Shown here: positions 18,723 to 27,466 of the stretch, piece after piece | How positions within the stretch are numbered: position 1 is the first letter of the stretch | Layout of the letters: every line of letters begins with the position of its first letter | Assembly (NCBI GenBank): GCA_003345545.1 | Contig: PRDH01000015.1 | Coordinates: 1 to 64,000, forward strand | Length of the DNA: 64,000 nt | Source: Candidatus Thorarchaeota archaeon | GTDB taxonomy: Archaea; Asgardarchaeota; Thorarchaeia; Thorarchaeales; Thorarchaeaceae | Direction: 5' to 3' | The notes under the pieces: model-generated | What the model saw: only the letters and a program-made list of their open reading frames with translations | The model's database searches: none | Told to the model about the DNA's origin: nothing | Program-made: the position numbers and the translations under genes

Positions 18723-19469
18723 ATGTCAGAATCTGCTATCACAATAACAAATCTAACAAAACGGTTCGATGATATAACAGCTATTGAGAATCTCAGTCTT
18801 GAAATTGGCTGGGGCGAGCTGTTCGGCATTCTCGGGCCCAATGGTGCAGGTAAGAGCACGACAGTCAATATTCTCAACACTCTTCTGAAACCGACAGATG
18901 GCTCAGCCACGGTCGATGGCCACGACGTCGTGTACGATCCGGAAGGCGTTCGAGAAGTAATCGGTGTTTGTCCCCAAGAACCAGCTTTCTATAGGTTTCT
19001 TACGGGTGAAGAGAATATCATCCTGATGGGCGAGATGCATCTCGTCCCTAGCGATGTCCTCAAGGAACGTGTCAAGACCATGGCTGAAAAGATAGGCATG
19101 GAGGACCACATCAAAAGGCGTTCTAAGGATTACAGCGGGGGAATGATTCGTCGGGTCAGTATGCTTATGGCGTTGATAAACAACCCGAAGATTGCATTGC
19201 TCGATGAACCAACGGTCGCAATGGACCCAAACTCCCGTCGAGCAGTATGGGACTTCATTCGCGAACTGAAAGCTCAGGGCAAAACGGTCATCCTGACTAC
19301 GCATTACATGGAGGAGGCTCAGGAGCTCTGCGACAGAGTAGCCATTATTGATAATGGATTGCTGATTGAGATTGGATCACCTTCAGAGCTAGTGGAGAAG
19401 CACAAGGTGAAGAACCTGGAAGAAGTCTTCCTGAAACTGACCGGAAAGAAGCTGAGGGAGGCTGTTTAA
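18723..19469 (+). CDS. ABC-2 exporter ATP-binding protein
   Basis: GPNGAGKST, YSGGM, LLDEPT, TTHYMEEA. Confidence 0.93.
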   Translation: MSESAITITNLTKRFDDITAIENLSLEIGWGELFGILGPNGAGKSTTVNILNTLLKPTDGSATVDGHDVVYDPEGVREVIGVCPQEPAFYRFLTGEENIILMGEMHLVPSDVLKERVKTMAEKIGMEDHIKRRSKDYSGGMIRRVSMLMALINNPKIALLDEPTVAMDPNSRRAVWDFIRELKAQGKTVILTTHYMEEAQELCDRVAIIDNGLLIEIGSPSELVEKHKVKNLEEVFLKLTGKKLREAV

Positions 19470-19471
19470 AG

Positions 19472-20632
19472 ATGAATCTACGGAGAATACTGGCTCTGAC
19501 AAAGAAGGAGCTGAAGAAGACCACAAGAGAACCTGCAGTTCTCTTCCTTCTGATTATATTTCCAATCATGATTACATTCGTGTTTGGTCTTGCATTCGGT
19601 GGAATCGGAGGAGGAACCGCAACAAGCTTCGATGTGGGTGTCCTGAATCTGGATGCTACAAGCCCTCAAGCCGATTGGAGTCTTGCATTTGTAGACAATC
19701 TGACTGCATCTGAGGTCTTCGTCACGCGTGCGTATAGTGACAATGATTCTGGGCATTCAGCACTCATTCAGGGCGACCTTGATGCATTCATCATCATTCC
19801 TGAGGGATTTGGTGACAGTGTTGCATCGTATTATGGATCGCCGCTCGACCCAAGTGCGTGGACAAACTCGACCATTGAACTCTATGTCGACAGCGGGTCT
19901 CAGATGGCAGTGTCAGCCATTCCTCCTCTTGTCAAAGAGGTCTTGATGAGGACCCTCTTCGGAAACGATGCAATGACGATCATTCTACCTGTTGAGATTG
20001 GAAACCTTGGCTTAGTTGAGTCAAGCGCTCTCACCCAGTGGGATTTCATGGCTCCAGGAATCTTTGCCTTCGCTGCCATATTCATGACAATGATTGTGGC
20101 TCAGACGATGACTGTTGAGAGGGATGAGGGACTCCTGAAGAGACTAAGAACAACGCCTGCTTCATCAGCAGACTATATGATTAGTCAGACCGTGTCCTAT
20201 ATGATCATTGCATTAGTGCAGGTCGCGTTGGTCCTAACATCATCATTCGTGATAGGTTATCGACCGGCAACGGGAATTGCAGGAGTTGCATTTGCCTTTG
20301 TAATTACTTTTGCGTTTTCACTGGTCGCAGTTGGATTCGGTCTAATATCTGCCACAGTTTCCAAGTCCGCTGAATCGGCCACAGGTGTGAGTTTCGTTTT
20401 CATCATGCCACAGATGTTCTTGGGAACATTCATGCCTCTCGGTGGAGCGACAGAGATGATCTCCAAGTTCATTCCAAGCAAGTATGTCACTGAGGCAATA
20501 ACGACTCTATTCCTGAGAGGTGCACCGATGACTACTCCTGTTATCTGGATTGACCTAGCCATTGTATCAGTCATCGGATTCTTGCTCCTAGCTATAGGAG
20601 TCATTCTGTTTGAGAGATACGGTTCTCGTTAG
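19472..20632 (+). CDS. ABC-2 exporter permease
   Basis: N-terminal TM, extracellular domain, ERDEGLLKRLRTTP, then about 5 further TM. Confidence 0.9.
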   Translation: MNLRRILALTKKELKKTTREPAVLFLLIIFPIMITFVFGLAFGGIGGGTATSFDVGVLNLDATSPQADWSLAFVDNLTASEVFVTRAYSDNDSGHSALIQGDLDAFIIIPEGFGDSVASYYGSPLDPSAWTNSTIELYVDSGSQMAVSAIPPLVKEVLMRTLFGNDAMTIILPVEIGNLGLVESSALTQWDFMAPGIFAFAAIFMTMIVAQTMTVERDEGLLKRLRTTPASSADYMISQTVSYMIIALVQVALVLTSSFVIGYRPATGIAGVAFAFVITFAFSLVAVGFGLISATVSKSAESATGVSFVFIMPQMFLGTFMPLGGATEMISKFIPSKYVTEAITTLFLRGAPMTTPVIWIDLAIVSVIGFLLLAIGVILFERYGSR

Positions 20633-20659
20633 GAGTCCCCCGGGGGACTCCCTGTTTTT
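20632..20659 (+). terminator. Palindromic hairpin with T-tract
   Basis: GGAGTCCCCCGGGGGACTCC (perfect 20-bp palindrome) followed by CTGTTTTT, right after the permease stop. Confidence 0.7.
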
Positions 20660-20717
20660 CTATTAGAGTTATTAGGAGGTAACAATACGTGGATGTGAAC
20701 GAATTTGAGGTGAGTGA

Positions 20718-21395
20718 ATGAGCTCTGATGAAAGCGGGACAGATAATGATATGATTGAGAAAGCGAAACAACTTCTCCTGCTCGCAGATCTGGTTGACAA
20801 GTACCCGAAGGTAGTCTCGCGTAGAGTGGGAGGTCTAGTCTATCTCCTAATTGGTGGCGGGATCTCGTTCGCCACATTGATTCTTATGTCGCTTCAAGAT
20901 TTGCTTGGACCCGGAGATCCTTTTCTGGTCAACGTGGGTTTCGTGGTATTCAGCCTCGTTCTTTCATGGGTCATTGGCTTTAGACTGATTGCTCCCCTTA
21001 CACGTTCATACCCAGTAGAACCTAGCTCATCTGAAGGTGGAAGACTGGTCTATGCACTATGGGGAGTCCTTGGAGTAGCCATTGTGTTATCATCACTGGT
21101 GATATTTCAAATGGGATTAGCAGCACTATTCCCACCAACACTCCAATTCATAATGGGCTGTGGTTTCACAGCCAATTATGTCATGGGAAGAAGAGCAAGT
21201 GATTTAGATTTCTATTCTAGGGAGCACATCTACTTTGCAATTGCGATCTTTCTCAGCATAGTTCCAATGTTGATAGTTCCGGCTGCTGCATACGCAATCC
21301 TAATCGTAGTGAACATGGGTGGAATATACAGTATCGGCATATACATGCTAATTGCTGCTGAAAGAATTCTCTTGGAGAGCAAAAGGCAGGGATAG
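20718..21395 (+). CDS. Hypothetical membrane protein (about 6 TM)
   Basis: Hydrophobic segments, GAGGTG RBS, paired with the downstream wHTH gene. Confidence 0.75.
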   Translation: MSSDESGTDNDMIEKAKQLLLLADLVDKYPKVVSRRVGGLVYLLIGGGISFATLILMSLQDLLGPGDPFLVNVGFVVFSLVLSWVIGFRLIAPLTRSYPVEPSSSEGGRLVYALWGVLGVAIVLSSLVIFQMGLAALFPPTLQFIMGCGFTANYVMGRRASDLDFYSREHIYFAIAIFLSIVPMLIVPAAAYAILIVVNMGGIYSIGIYMLIAAERILLESKRQG

Positions 21396-21397
21396 GA

Positions 21398-21775
21398 TTG
21401 AGTTTTGGTGGGGGCCTCCTGTCTGCGTTGGCAGGACTTATGAATGAAGACCGTGAGACCTTCGTCCCAGCGAGACTTTCAATCCTCTCATACCTGTACT
21501 TCACTCGGACAGCCAAGTTCACTGACCTGCAGAAGACACTGAATCTCACATCTGGGAACTTGTCAAGTCACCTGCGGAAGCTTGAATCACTTGGGCTGAT
21601 CAGAATCTCAAAACGATTTGTTGAACTCAAACCTACCACACTAGTTGTGATTACCCAAGAGGGTGCTGCGCGCGTGAGAGCGCAGTTGCTAAAGATGCGA
21701 GAGCTCGTCGCTGCAGCGATGGAAGAAGAGTCCATGGCACATCCTCAGAGTGCCAAGAGCGTTGCAGAGCTATAG
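21398..21775 (+). CDS. Winged-helix transcriptional regulator (HTH_34/ArsR-MarR-like)
   Basis: ARLSILSYL...FTDLQKTLNLTSGNLSSHLRKLE...KPTT...ITQEG. Confidence 0.88.
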   Translation: MSFGGGLLSALAGLMNEDRETFVPARLSILSYLYFTRTAKFTDLQKTLNLTSGNLSSHLRKLESLGLIRISKRFVELKPTTLVVITQEGAARVRAQLLKMRELVAAAMEEESMAHPQSAKSVAEL

Positions 21776-21784
21776 CGCAATATG

Positions 21785-22117
21785 CTATACGAGCAACTTC
21801 TGGAGTTTAAGGAGGTCTGGAACCTCACCTACAGTCTTCAGCTTGCCAGATGAATAGGCAGACATTGGGCTCTCGGTCTTGTTCATTATTCCAAAGAAGA
21901 CACTTGTGTCCATTGTCACCTTTAGCTGTGAGTCTATCTCTCCCTCCGCAATCTGCTCGAGCTTGGCATCCCCGATTTTCATGTATACCTTCAGGTCTAT
22001 ATCAGGAAAGATGAATTGGACAGTCTTGTTATAGCCCTCGAACCTGCGTTGTATCTTGGGATCCTTGAATCGGTCTCCAAGAGATTTCAGCTGCGCCAGT
22101 ATCTTTTCTTTTGTCAT
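21785..22117 (-). CDS. SCP2 sterol/lipid-binding domain protein
   Basis: SPMSAYSSGKLKTVGEVPDLLKLQ; resembles 13294..13632. Start set to ATG 22117. Confidence 0.85.
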   Translation of the reverse strand: MTKEKILAQLKSLGDRFKDPKIQRRFEGYNKTVQFIFPDIDLKVYMKIGDAKLEQIAEGEIDSQLKVTMDTSVFFGIMNKTESPMSAYSSGKLKTVGEVPDLLKLQKLLV

Positions 22118-22229
22118 TCCGACACCGTGGTGCCAATTCACAAAGGACAAGTTATAGTTTATGAATAGCTTGACCGACGATGCCAGGGTTTCGTCATACG
22201 GAGATGGCATCGTAGGTTCCAGCAAAAGA

Positions 22230-22805
22230 CTATTTCATTCTGCTTTCACCGTAGAAGACCTGACCTAGCTTCTTCATGGCATCTCGAATGCAGTCTTTCT
22301 TCCCACTGACCTGTAGATACCGTTCTCCATCTAGAGAGATATTCACTCCGCAGTCCTCTGCAATCTCAGAGACAACCTCTACTGGAACATCTTCAGGAAG
22401 CCTAATACGGAAGAAATCTACTTGCTTGTCTCTCGGTATATCTGAGATTGGCACTTGTGGCTCGGGCTTGTACTTCTTACTCTTGCCCTCCATTGCTGCG
22501 TCAAATCTTGCTTCCCAAGTGTTTCGATATTTGACACCCCCATTTTCCTCTGCCCAGACCATGAGTGTACTTCGAAGTCGTTGTATCTTGTTTTCCATCT
22601 CAATCTGAAGCTGGGTGTCAGCGTCACATTGACCTTCTGATCTCATCTCACTCCCAAAGGAACGAAGATACTCGATGCTCATCTTTGAGTTTCGAAGGTC
22701 AGCAAAAGTCAAGTCAGGGATGAAGACCTCTCTCTCCTTCAAAGCTCCCAATAGATCATTCAAGACCATCCACCCCGCAAGAAGACCATCCAATGAGACC
22801 ATCAT
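22230..22805 (-). CDS. DUF2096-like protein
   Basis: W-MVL-NDLL-L...IP...LR N-terminus and C-terminal RIRLP...IAEDCGV...V-G; adjacent to hdr genes as in methanogens. Confidence 0.7.
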   Translation of the reverse strand: MMVSLDGLLAGWMVLNDLLGALKEREVFIPDLTFADLRNSKMSIEYLRSFGSEMRSEGQCDADTQLQIEMENKIQRLRSTLMVWAEENGGVKYRNTWEARFDAAMEGKSKKYKPEPQVPISDIPRDKQVDFFRIRLPEDVPVEVVSEIAEDCGVNISLDGERYLQVSGKKDCIRDAMKKLGQVFYGESRMK

Positions 22806-22806
22806 G

Positions 22807-25800
22807 TCACTCTCTCAACATTTCTTCTGTTTCGTTGAGGATGCTCTTTTCCCGCCACCAACGAAGATCGCGTGCTCCAGTGGGACAGATCGCACAACAC
22901 GCTCCACATCCCTCACACCGCATCTCATCGGTGACACTCTTCTTGACACCAGGTTCAATCTCCATCATCGAGATTGCATCATACGGACAGATTTCCGAAT
23001 AATGGCAGAGATCACAGCCGACACATAGGTCTTGATCGACCTCTGCTGTTAGGAGCTCAATCTCTACAGTACCTAAGTTAAGTGGTATGCATGCCTCGCT
23101 TGCAGCTCCGCGAGCTTGGTTTATGGAATCTCCAACATTCTTGGCATAGGTGACCCCAAGAAAGACACCCGGTACTGTGGTTTCCACCGGTTTGTACTTC
23201 ATATGCATCTCCGCCAAGAAACCATCCTGACCCCGGTTGATGCCCATCGCCTTCACAAACTGATCAACATCATGTGGTGCTTCAAGCCCGAGAGCCAATA
23301 CTACCATCTCTGACTTGATTCTGAGGATTTCCTGCGAAAATGTGTCGTAGACTGTGACAATTGCAGCATCACTGTCAGGATCCTTCTCAACCGTAATAGG
23401 TTTCTCACGTTCCCAACGGAGATAGATCACTCCCTTCTGCCTGTTCTCACGCCACATCTCTTCCATACCCTTCGCATATGGACGTATGTGCTCCTTGAAG
23501 GCCGAGAATATCCTGATATCAGGAAACATCTCCTTCAACTCGTGCTGCATAGCAATTGTCGCTGAGCAACACACCCTTGAGCAGTATCGGTTGCCTTCAC
23601 CTGGATTCTGTCTCGATCCCACGCAATGAATGAACACAGGATTCTTTGGTGGTTTCTTCAGCTCACCATTCCTTAATCGCCGCTCCAGTTCAAGCGTCGA
23701 AATCACACCAGGAACAACGCCCCATCCATACTCGCCTTGCTTTGGTTCATAGACATCCGTCCCTATAGCTATTACCATGGAGCCAATGCGATGGATGGTC
23801 TTTTCACCTGTCTTGGTGTTTTCTACCGTAATGTCATAGTTTCCATACGAGCCAGCTCGCGCGACAACTTTCGAGTCCAAGAGAACTAGTATGCGCTTGT
23901 TCTTCTTGGTCCTGCTAGTAAGGTCTTTCACAATGTCTTCTGCAGAATCCAGGGCAGGAAACAGCTGACATAACTCGTTTAGCCTACCACCGAGTCTGTC
24001 CAGCTTTTCGACAAGAATTACATCGAAACCCTTTCGTGCAATATCAAGAGCTGCTGTCATACCAGAGACCCCTCCCCCAACGACCATCGACACTGGAGTC
24101 ACTTTGACACTCTTTGACGGAACGATTTCGTTATTGACAGCCTTGGCTACAGCGCTCCGTATCATATCTTGAGCTTTCTCTTGCCTTACTTCAGGGGCCT
24201 CATTCACATGGACCAGTGCAAGATGCTCGCGCAGACCAACGGGACCCACCAGGTAGTATCCTGAGAGACCTGCAGCCTCCAGGGCTCTTCTGAAGGTTGA
24301 CTCGTGCTGCAATGGCGAACAGGATCCGACTACCACACGGTTGAGCTTATGCTCCTTAATCGCTTTGGTCACAAGTTGCTGACCGGGGTCACTGCACATG
24401 AAGATATAATCGGTAGCATATGCCACGTTCGGCAAGCCCTTTGCCCACTCTGCAAGACCTGGCGAACTTATCTCATTCCCGATGATTCCACCGCAGTGAC
24501 AGATGAAGACACCCACACGTGGCTCATCACTGATGAATGCGGGAGGAATCTCCGGTTTTGGTTCTGCAATTGGAATTGGCAGGATTGACTGAGCAGCCAT
24601 TGCGGCTCCTTTCCCCTCATTGACACTGTCTGTGCCATCCCTTGGACCATGGGCACAACCAGCCACAAAGATGCCTGGTCGATTAGTTTCAAGTGCAGAT
24701 GCATTTGCGTGCTTCTCCTTGATCCATCCAGCTTCATCGAGGTCAATCCGAAGTGTCTTGGCCAGTTCTTCGACACCTGCACTGGGTCTGAAGCTGGCAT
24801 TGAGAACGACCATGGAGATCTTGTCGAGTTCGAGGATTTTGCCTAAGTCTGTGTCCTCCATCTTGACATACAGGTCACGTGTGTCAGGATCTTCCTGAAT
24901 CTGGGAAACCCTACCTCGAATGAATTTGATGCCCCGATTCTTTTCAGAGTCCCATAGGAACTCCTCGAGTGCCTTTCCAGCTGTTCGCATGTCCATGTAT
25001 GTGTAGATTATCTCGCAGTGATCCTTTGGATAGTGCATTCGAGTCACCTGCGCCAGTTTTAGTCCGAATGAGCAGCAGACTCTATTGCAGTGCGCGCTGT
25101 ATCCACTGATATTCTCTCTTACATCTCTACTTCCTACGCAGTTCACGAACAGGATTCGCTCTGGTTCTTTCCCATCTGATGGACGCACTATGTGTGAGTC
25201 AGTAGGTCCAGTGGGATGTGTCTGTCTATCATACTCCATTGAGGTCACTACATTTGGAAAGACACCGTAGCCATATTCTCCATAGTCCAACGGTCTATAC
25301 TCTTCGAACCCAGTGGCCACAATGATGGAACCAACATGGAGGTCGTATACCTTATCTTCATCATCGTACTTGATGCAGTCCTGCGGACAGACTGATGCAC
25401 ATGTTCCACAGCCAATACATGCGTTTCTGTCAATCGTTGCAATCAGCGGAATCTGTTGTGGAAAGTTCATGTAGATCGCCTTCCGGAGAGAGAGTCCCTT
25501 GTCGTACTCATTTGGCACTTCGACCGGACAGGAACGAATACACAGCTGACAACCAGTGCATTTGTCCGCATTGACATAGCGAGCCTTCTTACGAATCGTG
25601 ACTGTGAAGTCGCCCTCTTCTCCGGTCACCTTTTGAACGGTCGATAGTGGATGAATAGTGATGTTGGGATGTTTGCCAACAAAGGATGTGAGAGGTGTCA
25701 TAACACACGCTGAGCATTCCAAGGCGGGGAATATCTTGTAGATCGCCACATAGTTCCCACCAATGTTCACTTTCTTCTCAATTATGTGGGCATGATGACC

Positions 25801-25911
25801 GCCGTTGGCAAGACTCAGAGAGGCATTGATTCCCGCCATGCCTCCTCCAATGACTAAGACATCTGTTGGCTTGGCCTTCGGTTCTGATTTCTTGGTTGAC
25901 TTGCGGACCAT
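22807..25911 (-). CDS. hdrA: HdrA-like flavoprotein with internal tandem duplication
   Basis: Two GGGxxG FAD motifs, two CVGSR...CxRVCC clusters, inserted and C-terminal 2x[4Fe-4S] ferredoxin domains, internal RVGVFICHCG. Start set to ATG 25911. Confidence 0.92.
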   Translation of the reverse strand: MVRKSTKKSEPKAKPTDVLVIGGGMAGINASLSLANGGHHAHIIEKKVNIGGNYVAIYKIFPALECSACVMTPLTSFVGKHPNITIHPLSTVQKVTGEEGDFTVTIRKKARYVNADKCTGCQLCIRSCPVEVPNEYDKGLSLRKAIYMNFPQQIPLIATIDRNACIGCGTCASVCPQDCIKYDDEDKVYDLHVGSIIVATGFEEYRPLDYGEYGYGVFPNVVTSMEYDRQTHPTGPTDSHIVRPSDGKEPERILFVNCVGSRDVRENISGYSAHCNRVCCSFGLKLAQVTRMHYPKDHCEIIYTYMDMRTAGKALEEFLWDSEKNRGIKFIRGRVSQIQEDPDTRDLYVKMEDTDLGKILELDKISMVVLNASFRPSAGVEELAKTLRIDLDEAGWIKEKHANASALETNRPGIFVAGCAHGPRDGTDSVNEGKGAAMAAQSILPIPIAEPKPEIPPAFISDEPRVGVFICHCGGIIGNEISSPGLAEWAKGLPNVAYATDYIFMCSDPGQQLVTKAIKEHKLNRVVVGSCSPLQHESTFRRALEAAGLSGYYLVGPVGLREHLALVHVNEAPEVRQEKAQDMIRSAVAKAVNNEIVPSKSVKVTPVSMVVGGGVSGMTAALDIARKGFDVILVEKLDRLGGRLNELCQLFPALDSAEDIVKDLTSRTKKNKRILVLLDSKVVARAGSYGNYDITVENTKTGEKTIHRIGSMVIAIGTDVYEPKQGEYGWGVVPGVISTLELERRLRNGELKKPPKNPVFIHCVGSRQNPGEGNRYCSRVCCSATIAMQHELKEMFPDIRIFSAFKEHIRPYAKGMEEMWRENRQKGVIYLRWEREKPITVEKDPDSDAAIVTVYDTFSQEILRIKSEMVVLALGLEAPHDVDQFVKAMGINRGQDGFLAEMHMKYKPVETTVPGVFLGVTYAKNVGDSINQARGAASEACIPLNLGTVEIELLTAEVDQDLCVGCDLCHYSEICPYDAISMMEIEPGVKKSVTDEMRCEGCGACCAICPTGARDLRWWREKSILNETEEMLRE

Positions 25912-26068
25912 GCGAACATTCTCCAAGGTGCTAATGCAACAAGAGCTCGAGCAGAGCAGGAGATATAATCTTTCTGTCACGACCTCGGTGTATCATGAAT
26001 TTGGAACACATGTTCCAACACTATTTCTCTATTCAGTAGCTGTTCACAGCATGTGAACCTGTCAAACC

Positions 26069-26953
26069 CTAGATACCGAGAATGTCACGAATTGGATTCA
26101 GGCTAACTCTATTCAATTCAAACCCTAATGGCTCGGCATCAATTCCCAGTGCTGTGCCCAGGACTTGCGTGACAAAGAGAGCTGGTAATTCCAGAGAGTT
26201 TCCTGCTTCATCTTTGAGACCTATCTGCTGAATGTCGAACTGGGTCTGACATGCGGGGCAATTCGTGACCACACAGTTCGCCCCTGCGCCATTTGCAGAG
26301 ATCATCTTCTCTTTCAGTATCTTAAGGGCGACCGATTCGCTTGCAATGAGAAGAGGTGAACCACAACAACGCAGCTTCATGTCCCAATGGACACACTTTG
26401 CACCTGTGATCTCAATCAATTCATCGACCTTTCGAGGTAACTCAGGGTCGTCGAATCCCGCAACACTGGACGGCCGAATAAGATGGCACCCCGGATGGAA
26501 TGCAACCCGAAGGCCATCTAGACGCCGAACAATCTTTTCTTCGATCTCGCCCCTCATATCATAGAGGACTTCTACAAAGTGACGTATCGTGGCCTTTCCA
26601 GTGTACTCTAGACCCAATGGTTTCAGAACTGCGTTGACCTTCTTTCTGCAAGCTGCATTGTTGTGAAGCACATGGCTGGTATCCTTCAGAGAACCAAAGC
26701 AGCCATTACAGGGAGTGACAATGTCATGACCTCTCTGCTCTGCCAGTGCTATATTACGACCGGACATGGAGAGCCAGCTGTTCTCATCAATTGATTTGAG
26801 AACTACGGTTCCACAACAGGAGGCGCCTTCAAAATCAATCAACTCAATGTCAAGATTCTTTGCAACTGCACGCATAGACGACTCGTAATTGTTGAACCTA
26901 CTTGGAATAGCGCACCCAAGGAAGACCTCATAGCTCTGTGTCAATTCACACAT
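26069..26953 (-). CDS. hdrB: Heterodisulfide reductase subunit B
   Basis: Two CCG domains (GCAIP...SCCG...PCNGC; GCH...CCG...CPAC). Confidence 0.92.
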   Translation of the reverse strand: MCELTQSYEVFLGCAIPSRFNNYESSMRAVAKNLDIELIDFEGASCCGTVVLKSIDENSWLSMSGRNIALAEQRGHDIVTPCNGCFGSLKDTSHVLHNNAACRKKVNAVLKPLGLEYTGKATIRHFVEVLYDMRGEIEEKIVRRLDGLRVAFHPGCHLIRPSSVAGFDDPELPRKVDELIEITGAKCVHWDMKLRCCGSPLLIASESVALKILKEKMISANGAGANCVVTNCPACQTQFDIQQIGLKDEAGNSLELPALFVTQVLGTALGIDAEPLGFELNRVSLNPIRDILGI

Positions 26954-27464
26954 CCTCCTCAAGCTTCATGAGCCCTGTCTTCTTGAGCATCCTCTTTGTG
27001 TCTTCAATATTCAGTACGGGAACTGGGTCAAGTCCGAGATCATCGCGTTCCCAGTCAGTAGGCTCGTAGAGCCTTCCCTTATCATACAGTGATTGTCGTG
27101 CTCCTGAATATCCGGGAGGTGCGATTCTCTTCTTGAAAGCCATATTCTTCAGACCGAACAAGATGTCTGTGATCTCTATTCCCTGAGGGCAGCGTTCTTG
27201 ACAAGTATAACATGTCGTACACAACCAGACCATATCGGTTTCGAGAACCTCCTTCAGGCCAAAGAGAAGCATCCGCATCACTTCATGAATCTGTATGTTC
27301 ACCTTATCAGAAACTGGACAACCAGCACTGCATTTTGCACATTGGAAACAGGCAGTGAGATCCTTCCCTCCAATCAGGTTCGAAGCTCCTCTTGTGAACT
27401 CAGCATCCATTGCCTTGAACTTCTTTCCATCAAAAGACTTGAATTGTCCCCACGCGTCTGTCAT
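26946..27464 (-). CDS. hdrC: Heterodisulfide reductase subunit C
   Basis: CFQCAKCSAGCP and WLCTTCYTCQERCPQG. Start ATG 27464 behind GGAGG. Confidence 0.92.
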   Translation of the reverse strand: MTDAWGQFKSFDGKKFKAMDAEFTRGASNLIGGKDLTACFQCAKCSAGCPVSDKVNIQIHEVMRMLLFGLKEVLETDMVWLCTTCYTCQERCPQGIEITDILFGLKNMAFKKRIAPPGYSGARQSLYDKGRLYEPTDWERDDLGLDPVPVLNIEDTKRMLKKTGLMKLEEDV

Positions 27465-27466
27465 TT

